The position numbers and the translations under genes are program-made. A stretch of DNA of 43,875 bases from Pseudomonadota bacterium (GTDB taxonomy: Bacteria > Bdellovibrionota_F > JAHFAK01 > JBDREC01): positions 79,405-123,279 of the forward strand of contig JBDREC010000103.1 of NCBI GenBank assembly GCA_043820105.1, read 5' to 3'. The notes beneath the pieces were generated by a model, which searched no databases, was not told the origin of the DNA, and worked only from the letters and a program-made list of their open reading frames with translations. Shown here piece by piece: positions 18,563-27,444 of this stretch (within the stretch, counting starts at the first letter, position 1; every line of letters begins with the position of its first letter).

Positions 18563-18823
18563 ATGGAAAACATTTTGATTGTACTTGCTATCACGATCCC
18601 AATTTCCTTTGCGATCTACATGGGAATAAAGCATGCTCCCAATATGAAAAATCTTTCGGATGATGAAAGGGTACAGTTATTGCAGATGTTTAAAGACTCA
18701 CAAATGCAAGGAATAGAAAAAGCTAAACTTGATGAATTATACAGGACCAGGAGAATTTTAGAGAAGGACAGGATTGAAAATTATACCAGAAATATTGGGA
18801 ATAATAATAATTTGGGTAAATAA
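18563..18823 (+). CDS. Small single-TM membrane protein
   Basis: RBS GGAGG; N-terminal hydrophobic helix. Confidence 0.65.
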   Translation: MENILIVLAITIPISFAIYMGIKHAPNMKNLSDDERVQLLQMFKDSQMQGIEKAKLDELYRTRRILEKDRIENYTRNIGNNNNLGK

Positions 18824-18846
18824 TATGGGGGGAAGGATAAATTATT

Positions 18847-19305
18847 TTAAGATTTTATAAAGTAAACCAGACTAACTTCATAGGCTGCTTTTACAGCTTC
18901 TTTCTTAGTAAAATATATTTTATTAAAAGAGCAGGGTATGTAGCCGATTTCTGCTTCGCCTGCTTGTAAAGAGGCCAGTTTTAGAATGTTTTCACAAAGG
19001 TTTCTTAATACAGCATAATTGTTTTCCCTAAATAGCTTACCAAACTTTCTCTTATTATCCCCGATTTTAGCGGGGTCTGCGTAAAAGATAAATCTGATTT
19101 CTACATTGTTCGGATCGTTTCCAAGGGTCATTATCAGCAACTCCAGTTTGTTGAAGGCTTTGTGCGGCGGATTCTTGATGGTCACTGCAAAGTTTTTAAA
19201 ATCAGCATAATCATCTTCAATCTCAATTTTCCAGTCAGTTTTACTGATTTGTGCATAAATACTTTTAGAAACACTTGTAATATCCAAAGCCTTTTTCTTT
19301 GTCAT
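18847..19305 (-). CDS. Hypothetical protein
   Basis: ATG 19305 follows RBS AAGGTG. Confidence 0.6.
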   Translation of the reverse strand: MTKKKALDITSVSKSIYAQISKTDWKIEIEDDYADFKNFAVTIKNPPHKAFNKLELLIMTLGNDPNNVEIRFIFYADPAKIGDNKRKFGKLFRENNYAVLRNLCENILKLASLQAGEAEIGYIPCSFNKIYFTKKEAVKAAYEVSLVYFIKS

Positions 19306-19449
19306 AGATTCACCTTTTGCCTGATTGGAGAAAATCAGCATATCATATTTAAGTGATCATGCAAGCTGGAAAAAACAAGTGTAGCATTTAATATCTACAC
19401 TCTGAGTATTGTTTATTTGTAGCAACCGGTTGAGATTGAGCCATGCTAT

Positions 19450-19983
19450 TCAGGGTGAAAGTATAATTATTTGCAGTTTAAGCTCTTCTGCCAGAGTTTT
19501 TAATGCATGAACAATTGTAGTATCTTCTTCATTTCGATTATTAAAGTCCTGTGAGGTTCTGATAAGCTTGAGGGAAGTAATAATTATGAGTTCAATATTT
19601 TTTTCGGCTTTAAGTTTTTTAGCGGTAGCTATTATATCTGCAACAGCCCTAAGCCTATCATCAATGAAGATGTTTGCAGAAGACAGTTGCCCGCTTGCCC
19701 TGGCTAGCTTTTTCCATGCTCTCTTGTTTAGGTGGCCTAAATTGTAATTCTTAATATTAATCCCGGCCTGATTACAAATAATATCTTCAACCAGCCTGAC
19801 TTTATCATTATTAAGCGAAGCAAGGAAAACACTTCTATTTTCCATGATGCAGGTGTTGATGACTGATGAAGGCGAAAGGGTGCATTTGTTCTTATGAGGA
19901 ATTGTCTCAAGAATTCTCAATTCACCCAGGTGCAAGTCTGATAAAGCATTATCTAAAGTACTAAAACCTGTTCTACTTGTCAT
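19450..19983 (-). CDS. Truncated, catalytically degenerate DnaB helicase C-terminal-domain homolog
   Basis: TGFSTLD..L..GEL, IFIDD, LKTLAEELKLQIIILS; Walker A reads ETIPHKNKC and Walker B reads IIITSL. Confidence 0.75.
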   Translation of the reverse strand: MTSRTGFSTLDNALSDLHLGELRILETIPHKNKCTLSPSSVINTCIMENRSVFLASLNNDKVRLVEDIICNQAGINIKNYNLGHLNKRAWKKLARASGQLSSANIFIDDRLRAVADIIATAKKLKAEKNIELIIITSLKLIRTSQDFNNRNEEDTTIVHALKTLAEELKLQIIILSP

Positions 19984-20023
19984 GCCTTTGAGCTCACTTA
20001 ATTAATTTAATTAGATTTAATAT

Positions 20024-20054
20024 ATTATATATCATGAATGTGACAGATAAGGTC
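20024..20054 (-). promoter_or_regulatory. WYL-activator-type promoter of the DnaB-like gene
   Basis: Minus strand GAC CTTATCT GTC ACATTCATGATA TATAAT. Confidence 0.8.
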
Positions 20055-20071
20055 AAAGGCATTAATGTATT

Positions 20072-20515
20072 TTAAGAATTAAGAATTTTATGTGCGGTTA
20101 ATAGAAATTCCTTTGCCATATTGACCATCTCTTCTGCGCCTACTTCCGACCATTGTTCATAATAATCAGCATCCTCTCTTAGGCGCTTACCATTTTGCAG
20201 ATATTCAACAAAATGAACTGGCAGTTTTCCTTCTTCAATATATAAAGCTCTTAATGCAATAATTAAACAATAATGGCTCTTTTCTCTATAGTTCTTTTTA
20301 TATAAAAGTGCCCTGGCTGTATGAAACATAGAATAATAAGCCTGAATTGTGGCCCATTTATAATTACTACGCCCGAGGGACTCCAGGGCTTCAGCAGAGT
20401 CTCTTCCTGCTATTTGCAGCTCTTTGGACACCAACGCAGTACCTTGTGAAAATTCCCTTATTCTTTTCCTTTTTATACACTCAGCGAAATCCGGATTCTT
20501 TATATCTGGTCCCAT
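20072..20515 (-). CDS. HEPN domain protein (MNT-HEPN partner)
   Basis: AYYSMFHTARALL...SH...REDADY. Confidence 0.85.
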   Translation of the reverse strand: MGPDIKNPDFAECIKRKRIREFSQGTALVSKELQIAGRDSAEALESLGRSNYKWATIQAYYSMFHTARALLYKKNYREKSHYCLIIALRALYIEEGKLPVHFVEYLQNGKRLREDADYYEQWSEVGAEEMVNMAKEFLLTAHKILNS

Positions 20516-21043
20516 AAATTTATTCCTTTTAATATTTGCTCATAAAAAGTCGGATCTTTAGTTTTTAATTCCAGCAATCCTGATTCAGTTAAAATAATTG
20601 TTTGAATATTCATTTTTCGTTTCAATTTACCAAGACTCGCTTCAATCTGTTCTTTGAGATTGTTGCTAATGATTAATAAATCCAAATCACTATCAATAAG
20701 GTTTTCGCCTCTGGAGGAACTGCCAAATAGTATAATTTTGCTTGCCAATGGCGCAAGTTTTTTTACTATTGGTTGGATAGAATTAATAGTTTTTAAAACT
20801 TTTAATTGTTTAATTACCGAAATTTTATGATTTAAAGTATAGAAATGCATCATTCCTTTTTTTTTGTAAAAACAAATAATTTGCCTTTATAAGTTCCCTT
20901 AACGCATAATTTGTGCCTGATTTGCTTATATTTACTTTTGTTTGTATTTCTTTTTCTGTAAATTCCTGCCCAGGATAATCAAGCATATAAAATAAAACCT
21001 TTTGAGAATTTGTTGCAATTAATAAATTAGTTAATCCATCCAT
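20500..21043 (-). pseudogene. HTH-minimal nucleotidyltransferase (MNT) fusion split by one extra A in an A9 run
   Basis: HTH ORF 20825-21043 and MNT ORF 20500-20853 (LFGSSSRG..SDLDL) join in frame if the T9 run at 20857-20865 were T8. Confidence 0.7.
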
Positions 21044-21058
21044 AATTTTGTACAGCTG

Positions 21059-21111
21059 CCTATTATATTGGACAAGTGTCCATTATAATGGAAAGACTCT
21101 TTCGTTGTCAA
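21059..21111 (-). promoter_or_regulatory. Sigma-70 promoter TTGACA-N18-TATAAT of the MNT-HEPN operon, with palindromic operators
   Basis: Perfect palindrome TCCATTATAATGGA (21079-21092) over the -10; related copy at 21059-21072. Confidence 0.7.
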
Positions 21112-21168
21112 GTGTTTTGTGTTAAATTGGTTTGTTTTTATAAATGGATTTTTTTAGCGAGCATATAA

Positions 21169-21199
21169 GACACAAAATGTCCCTGGCTCCTGTTATAAT
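21169..21199 (+). promoter_or_regulatory. WYL-activator-type promoter
   Basis: GAC ACAAAAT GTC CCTGGCTCCTGT TATAAT. Confidence 0.75.
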
Positions 21200-21227
21200 A
21201 AAGATAAACAACAAGAGGAGCAGCATC

Positions 21228-21884
21228 ATGGCAGCATATCCAATAACCGATCTTATATTGCAAGCAATGCAGGATAAGCAACTTAGCAAAAAAGACCTGG
21301 TGCAGGCTATGAATTATAAGAATATCGCCAAAGGTTTAAGAAGGCTTGATCGTTTCCTTGAGTGCAAAAGATTTTATAAGGGCATAATTGAAAAACTGCC
21401 TCAGATACTTGGCCTTGATGAAAGTTCGTTTAAAGCTGAAATAGCGCGCACACAGGCTCTTATTGCTAAAGAAAAGGAAGATAAAGAAAGACAAGCCTTT
21501 GTGCCGCATATTATTGTAAAGCATGAGCGGACTGGGCCCTCCTTGATTTTTGTGGTAGCTATAACAGGAGTTGAAAGATTCAAGTATATTGTTCTGCCAG
21601 CTAACATTGCAGAGCTTTCTGAAGCGGAGCAATTTGACATAATTCGTGAAACATTAAAGGCTCACTACATAAAAAACATGATTGAGAATAAAGCTATGCA
21701 ACTTTTTGGTGATATCACAGGATACTTCTATCGACAAACCTATGACAGAACTATCTTATTTTCAGTCAAAGGAGAAGTGCTGAATGCGCATTTAGGAAAG
21801 AAGACGCTGCCTAAAGCCTCTTTGCATCTTGAAGGTGACCAAAGGGATATTTCCTTTAATTTTAAAAACGCTAACCGAAATTAA
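21228..21884 (+). CDS. Hypothetical protein with an N-terminal XRE-like HTH
   Basis: LSKKDLVQAMNYKNIAKGLRRL; ATG 21228 follows RBS GAGGAG. Confidence 0.6.
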   Translation: MAAYPITDLILQAMQDKQLSKKDLVQAMNYKNIAKGLRRLDRFLECKRFYKGIIEKLPQILGLDESSFKAEIARTQALIAKEKEDKERQAFVPHIIVKHERTGPSLIFVVAITGVERFKYIVLPANIAELSEAEQFDIIRETLKAHYIKNMIENKAMQLFGDITGYFYRQTYDRTILFSVKGEVLNAHLGKKTLPKASLHLEGDQRDISFNFKNANRN

Positions 21885-21902
21885 TATTATCCTTTTTCTT
21901 TA

Positions 21903-22751
21903 TTACTTAGCCTCATAACACTTTTGATAAACAACATTAATATCTACCCAGATATTCCCAACACTACAAACATCCCTTTTATCAATCTCCTGATGGGAAA
22001 TATAATCATGCATAAGGTAGCAAAAGGACAGCCTGGAAAGCGGATGCTTTTTGGTTATAATTTTATAATCATTCCATTCTATGTTACTGCCCAATAGTCC
22101 TTCATCCTTTATTCGAGCCCAGGTTTGCTCATCCTTATCAAGCGTAGGAATCGTTTTGGCGGTAACTAAAAAATTATCAGAATCGTCGCGATAAAGCAGA
22201 TGATTTTCCCTTAACATATAATCAATGCTAATATCTATTTCATAATCTTCCAGCCAGTCCTTTTTATCTTGAATTCTTTTGTTTAGTTTTTTTATAAGAT
22301 CTTTTTGCTCTTTTATTAAAGCAGTTTCAATTTCCATTAGTTTTTTATTAAGCTCTTTTAAAAATAATATTTCTTTTTTCGAAAACTGGTGTGGCTTATC
22401 TATAAGCTTCATATCATTTTTAAGCTCTTTCCAGGTCATTTCAGGCTTGTGCCAGAAATACATAAAGGGCATTCTGTATTGTTTGATACTATCCAATAGG
22501 CAGCGACGGTCTTTTTTGTTGAGAAAGCATATCCCGTCAATAATTTTTACAGCATCCTCATTTATGTCCAACTTAACAGTAAAGCCTTCATCAACCTTTT
22601 TTCTAAAGATCTTTAGTCTGGGAGACAGCTCATATTCCTTACCTGGCTGCGTAAGGTGCAGATTGACATTGACTCCAAACTTATGATTTTCTGGGCCTAT
22701 AATAATAAATTTTAAGTTCTTGTTTTTTGCTTTGTTCATTTTAATCACCAT
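21903..22751 (-). CDS. Hypothetical protein
   Basis: Long ORF; no family recognised. Confidence 0.6.
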   Translation of the reverse strand: MVIKMNKAKNKNLKFIIIGPENHKFGVNVNLHLTQPGKEYELSPRLKIFRKKVDEGFTVKLDINEDAVKIIDGICFLNKKDRRCLLDSIKQYRMPFMYFWHKPEMTWKELKNDMKLIDKPHQFSKKEILFLKELNKKLMEIETALIKEQKDLIKKLNKRIQDKKDWLEDYEIDISIDYMLRENHLLYRDDSDNFLVTAKTIPTLDKDEQTWARIKDEGLLGSNIEWNDYKIITKKHPLSRLSFCYLMHDYISHQEIDKRDVCSVGNIWVDINVVYQKCYEAK

Positions 22752-22771
22752 AAAATAATTTCAATTCATTA

Positions 22772-23329
22772 CTATAAAACCACCGGCAAAAAACATGCAA
22801 AATTCTCCACCTTATCCATATTTAAAACCTTCTTGCCAGGAACTATTTTCGCAGCAGTGAAGCCTTTATCCAGGCCACCTGACAAACAAAGAAAATTTTC
22901 CTTTGTGAAATGCTTATTGATCCAGTCAAGAAAGGCTTTAAAAGTGTGTTCCTTGAATAATTCTTGCCTTGAGGTATAATATCTCTTATGTTCAGGAGTA
23001 CATTGATCGCAGTAATATTCACCTATGCTGCTTCTTTTTTCATGGATATCAAAATCCATTATTATATCCCAAAAAATATTATCATGATAAACTCTGACTT
23101 CAAACCCTCCAGATTTGCTGACCTGAACAGTAATTTTGGGAGTGATACCATGCAATTTAAAAAGAAAATAATTCCATCGCTGCCTAAAGATTATTGGCTG
23201 ATATTTAAAATTATGCCGATTTTCCTTAAGCCAACTTACAAAGGTTCTTTGCATATAATATTTTCTCAAGGGATTCCTCAAATATTTAAAAAATAATTTT
23301 AAAAACTCCATAACATAGAACAGTGACAA
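22772..23329 (-). CDS. Hypothetical protein with CxxC; true start probably downstream of the ORF-track start
   Basis: YYCDQC; the annotated start overlaps a GAC-N7-GTC palindrome. Confidence 0.55.
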   Translation of the reverse strand: MSLFYVMEFLKLFFKYLRNPLRKYYMQRTFVSWLKENRHNFKYQPIIFRQRWNYFLFKLHGITPKITVQVSKSGGFEVRVYHDNIFWDIIMDFDIHEKRSSIGEYYCDQCTPEHKRYYTSRQELFKEHTFKAFLDWINKHFTKENFLCLSGGLDKGFTAAKIVPGKKVLNMDKVENFACFLPVVL

Positions 23330-23407
23330 TTAAGGTCACTTTCGTATATACCATTATTATAACATATACTCTGGTCATTAAGAATCCTGTGTTTTATTAA
23401 GTAAATT

Positions 23408-23438
23408 GACCTAAGCTGACACAAAGGCATGCTAGACT
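23408..23438 (+). promoter_or_regulatory. WYL-activator-type promoter of the DnaA-like gene (second half-site GAC)
   Basis: GAC CTAAGCT GAC ACAAAGGCATGC TAGACT. Confidence 0.6.
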
Positions 23439-23469
23439 TTTTGCCTTTATTTTATCAGGAGATTCATGC

Positions 23470-24225
23470 ATGGAATTAAAAATGCCAGGAATACTTAGTC
23501 ATTATAGGTTGAATAAAGCATACACCTTTGAAAATTATATCTGTTCAGCTAAGAATAAGTATGCTGTAAAGCTATTAGAATCTTCTGTTGCAGATTCAAA
23601 AAGTAAATTCAATCCTTTATATATTTATGGTGAAACAGGTTCAGGAAAAACCCATCTTTTACATGCAACAGCCAATAATATGTTAATCTTAAACCCAAAG
23701 CTAAAAATAGTCTTTATTAATGCAGAAGACTATATGAATCATTTTATTGCCGCTATCAGGTATGATGAAAAGCATAAATTTAGAGCATTTTTTGAAAACA
23801 GGATAGATGCGCTCTTTATAGATGATATTCATTATATTAGCTCCATGGAAGGTACCCAAGAAGAGCTTTATTCTATTTTTAACAGTTTGCTTGAAAAGCA
23901 AAAGAAAATTATTGTTTCCTCTTATTATCCACCAGAACTGTCACAAGGCTACAATGAACAGCTAAGTTCAATCATGCAGGGTAGTGTTGCTGCAGAAATA
24001 TTTGCTCCCAATAAAATAAATCTAAGAAAAATTATAAAACATAAGGCCAAGGTCATGGAGTTGATCTTGTCAGCTGAGATGATAGAGGTAATTATTAGAG
24101 AAACAAAAGGGAATATGAAAAGACTCAATGCATTTTTAGATACTTTTGATAATTATCTTTATAGAAAAGAAAAAGATCCTGATTTGGAAGCTGTTAGAGG
24201 GGTTTTGGAGTATGGGGAGTGGTGA
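23470..24225 (+). CDS. DnaA-like AAA+ (domain III only) protein
   Basis: YTFENY, NPLYIYGETGSGKTHLL, FIDDIH, TQEELYSIFN; lacks domains I, II and IV. Confidence 0.85.
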   Translation: MELKMPGILSHYRLNKAYTFENYICSAKNKYAVKLLESSVADSKSKFNPLYIYGETGSGKTHLLHATANNMLILNPKLKIVFINAEDYMNHFIAAIRYDEKHKFRAFFENRIDALFIDDIHYISSMEGTQEELYSIFNSLLEKQKKIIVSSYYPPELSQGYNEQLSSIMQGSVAAEIFAPNKINLRKIIKHKAKVMELILSAEMIEVIIRETKGNMKRLNAFLDTFDNYLYRKEKDPDLEAVRGVLEYGEW

Positions 24226-24417
24226 CGGGTATTTTTATCTATTAGGTTTTATATTACAGAACATTCACTGACTGTTAGGTGAACTCGTGACTAGTGCATA
24301 TAATTAATTGAAAAAATATGATTAAAATCTCCTTGGGGAGGAGTCTGCTGTTTTCTCCTTATGTCGAAATTTCAGAATGATAAGAAATAAATTGATTTTT
24401 TATGTTATCTGTTTATC

Positions 24418-24457
24418 TTTAACCGTATTTAACCCAATATGGCTTGATTTAGCCCAT
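24418..24457 (+). repeat. 10-bp-period direct repeats (TTTAACCGTA/TTTAACCCAA/TATGGCTTGA/TTTAGCCCAT)
   Basis: Read directly, upstream of the excisionase-like HTH gene. Confidence 0.5.
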
Positions 24458-24523
24458 TAAATACTTCTAAGTAATTGTATTGAAAACTCTTATGGGCAAC
24501 CTAAGTAGTGATGGAGACTAAAA

Positions 24524-24712
24524 ATGGAAGACAGATGGTTATCAGTAGATGAAATCGGAGATTATCTCGGTGTAAAACGGGATACAATTTATAACTGGAT
24601 AAATGAAAAATCGATGCCTGCCCATAAAGTTGGCCGTCTTTGGAAATTTAAAAAGGACGAAGTGGATGAATGGGTAAGAAATGGCGGATCTTCTAAAACA
24701 AAGGAACAATAA
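24524..24712 (+). CDS. Excisionase-like HTH (HTH_17/BldC-like) regulator
   Basis: WLSVDEIGDYLGVKRDTIYNW..MPAHKVGRLWKF. Confidence 0.9.
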   Translation: MEDRWLSVDEIGDYLGVKRDTIYNWINEKSMPAHKVGRLWKFKKDEVDEWVRNGGSSKTKEQ

Positions 24713-24714
24713 GA

Positions 24715-27444
24715 ATGAATACAAAAGAAATAATCGATAAAATTTTTAAAGACCCTAAAACAAAATATGAGCTCACTGAATTTGACAATCTTGGGAAACG
24801 ATTACACGAAATAATTGAAATTTATCCTAAGGTAACAGATTCTGGCCGTGACGCAGGAAAAACCAAATATTTTATGAAAAGCTTTGTCCCCTTCTATTCA
24901 GGGAAAGAAGAAGTTCAAGTCTTTGATGAAACAGGTAAATCAAATCCAGAAGAGATTGTAAGACAGTTATGGGTTTATAAGCTCCTTCACAATTATGAAT
25001 ATAAGACTGAAGAGATTGAATTGGAGAAGAGTGTTCATTTTGGAACGGAAGTAAATACAAAAGCAGCAGATATTGTTGTTTATACAGACGCTACAAAACA
25101 GACACCTAAAATCATAATAGAAGTTAAAAAACCAAAACGTAAAGATGGGATTGAACAGCTTAAAAGTTATCTCAATGCTGAAGGCTCACCTGTTGGTGTT
25201 TGGTCAAATGGCAGTGACAGCATCATTCTTTTCCGACCATACCCTGCGAACTTTGATGATACCCTAGTCGACATTCCGATGAGAGGGCAAGAACCGAAGG
25301 ATGTTCTTGAAGTAAAAAAAACACTTTCACAATTAAAAAAGAGCTTTAATTTTAAAAAGATTATTCAGGATCTTGAAGAACTGGTGCTGGCCGATAGCGG
25401 TAAAGATGAATTTAATGAGATTTTTAAAATTATCTTTGCAAAAATATGGGATGAAAAAGAGGCTCTTGAAAATCGTAGCAACCAGGAGACTCATTTTAGT
25501 AAAGCACTTGATCCTGAAATCACCTATGAACGAATAAACAATCTTTTTAAGAAGGCTTGCGAAGAGTGGCCAGGTATTTTTAAAGAGGGCGAAGATATTG
25601 AACTAACTAAAAAGCATCTTCAAATATGCATTGGGCCTATTGAAGGAGTGCGATTAATGGGTTCAAATCTTAGAATCATGGATGATGCCTTTGAATATCT
25701 TTTACCTACTGAAGCAAAAAAGAAAAAAGGTCAGTTTTTTACACCACGTCATGTTATTGAAATGTGTGTTCGCATGCTAAATCCTAAAAAGAAAGAATTT
25801 GTCATGGATCCATCCTGCGGTTCTGCTGGATTCCTTCTGCATGCTATGGACTGGGCTTATCCTACTAATAACAATGAAAGCAGAGAACTTCGTAAACATC
25901 GGTATGCATCAAAATATCTTTGGGGTATCGATTTTGAAGAGCGGGCTGCAAAAACTTCCCGTGCATTGATGCTAATAGCAGGTGATGGGCATACTAATAT
26001 ATTTGGTCCAGATGTGAGCAGTCTTGATCCTAAAAGTTGGTATGAAACAAAATCAGGTCAAAGTTTGATGAGCAAACTTATGGAAGCAAAACTATTAAAA
26101 AATAAGCCAACCCATGAGGATGAGCCGAATGTGTTAAAAGATGATGATCTAGCCTGGAAATACTTTGATGAGCTTCAGTTTGATGTAGTTCTTGCCAATC
26201 CTCCCTTTGCTGGTGAGATGAAAGACAAGAAAATGCTTGCTCATTACGATCTTGCAAAACCAGCGCTTAAGAGGGCAAAAGATAAAGCGGCAAAAGAAGA
26301 GCGTGATGTTCTCTTTATAGAACGAATCCTGAAATTCCTCAAACCCGGTGGACGCGCTGCAATTGTTTTACCACAAGGCAAGTTTAACAATTCATCTCTT
26401 GCTTTTATCCGTGAATGGATACTTCGTAAAGCACGACTTCTTGCTGTCGTTGGTTTGCATCCCAACAGTTTTAAACCTCATACAGGCACAAAAACATCTG
26501 TTCTTTTTGTTCAAAAGTACACTCAAACAGAACTTGATAATATTGAATTGGTAAAACAGAAAGCTGCAAAAGCCTGCCCTGACTATGAAATGCAGATTAA
26601 AGAACTTCTAAATACTTTTAAAGGTGAGCTCGATGTTCCTGAAGAAAATCTTTCCGAAGAGATTGCAGAGCTTCTATTTGAAGCCTTCGGAGAAGCTGAG
26701 AGAGAATCAGTTGATGATACTGAAATTAATGAAATTGATGAGGAAGCTGAGGATAGTATAGAGCTTGAAGATAGTATTGCTCAAGCCGAAGAGAAAATTT
26801 CAGATTTAAGAAATGAACTACTCAAAGAAAAAAATAAACTTGAAAATCTTGCTTCAGATATTGAAGCTCTTGAAATAAAAGCAAGACAAGAAATGAACAT
26901 TATCATTGAAAATTGGACAGGTACAAAAAAAGATCTTAAGGTAAAATTAAAACCTCTTAAGGAGAAACTAACTTCTGATAAAAAAGCTCTTAAAGAAATA
27001 CAAAAAGAACAGACCAAAAAGATTAAAGCTTCCATTAAGTCACTTGAAAAAGCAATCCCTGATGCTGAGTTTGAGTTGAAAAAGCTTACTAACAAAGGCA
27101 AGCTTGAACTACTGTTAGCTGATGATGATTTGATGGCAACACTAAATAATCGTTGGATTAATGCAAAAGTGGCCCAAAAATTGGACTATCCGATTTTTAT
27201 GGCTGTCTCTGAACGGAGTGGCAAAAATAACTCTGGTGATTATGAATATCTAAAAAGTGAGGATGGAAACATGGTTGAATACGATGATGGGCAACCAGTC
27301 ATCGATCAGGATTTAGTAAACTTCGATTTAGGATCTGATGATCTGGTTAATGCAGCTTCTCTTCCCGAAGACAAGCGCTGTATTGCTGAGGCTTTTGTAC
27401 AGTTTGCCCAAAAACACGAATTTGATTTTTGGAGGGAGGACTGA
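24715..27444 (+). CDS. Restriction endonuclease (HsdR_N-like) / N6-adenine methyltransferase fusion with a coiled-coil insert
   Basis: PEEIVRQ, ADIVVY..IEVKKP nuclease motif; GQFFTPR, DPSCGSAGF, NPPF. Confidence 0.9.
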   Translation: MNTKEIIDKIFKDPKTKYELTEFDNLGKRLHEIIEIYPKVTDSGRDAGKTKYFMKSFVPFYSGKEEVQVFDETGKSNPEEIVRQLWVYKLLHNYEYKTEEIELEKSVHFGTEVNTKAADIVVYTDATKQTPKIIIEVKKPKRKDGIEQLKSYLNAEGSPVGVWSNGSDSIILFRPYPANFDDTLVDIPMRGQEPKDVLEVKKTLSQLKKSFNFKKIIQDLEELVLADSGKDEFNEIFKIIFAKIWDEKEALENRSNQETHFSKALDPEITYERINNLFKKACEEWPGIFKEGEDIELTKKHLQICIGPIEGVRLMGSNLRIMDDAFEYLLPTEAKKKKGQFFTPRHVIEMCVRMLNPKKKEFVMDPSCGSAGFLLHAMDWAYPTNNNESRELRKHRYASKYLWGIDFEERAAKTSRALMLIAGDGHTNIFGPDVSSLDPKSWYETKSGQSLMSKLMEAKLLKNKPTHEDEPNVLKDDDLAWKYFDELQFDVVLANPPFAGEMKDKKMLAHYDLAKPALKRAKDKAAKEERDVLFIERILKFLKPGGRAAIVLPQGKFNNSSLAFIREWILRKARLLAVVGLHPNSFKPHTGTKTSVLFVQKYTQTELDNIELVKQKAAKACPDYEMQIKELLNTFKGELDVPEENLSEEIAELLFEAFGEAERESVDDTEINEIDEEAEDSIELEDSIAQAEEKISDLRNELLKEKNKLENLASDIEALEIKARQEMNIIIENWTGTKKDLKVKLKPLKEKLTSDKKALKEIQKEQTKKIKASIKSLEKAIPDAEFELKKLTNKGKLELLLADDDLMATLNNRWINAKVAQKLDYPIFMAVSERSGKNNSGDYEYLKSEDGNMVEYDDGQPVIDQDLVNFDLGSDDLVNAASLPEDKRCIAEAFVQFAQKHEFDFWRED

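Noticed and set aside
19450-24225. Replication origin or prophage replication module suggested by dnaA/dnaB-like genes
   Set aside because: Both genes are truncated. I saw no DnaA-box cluster, dnaN/gyrB or phage genes.
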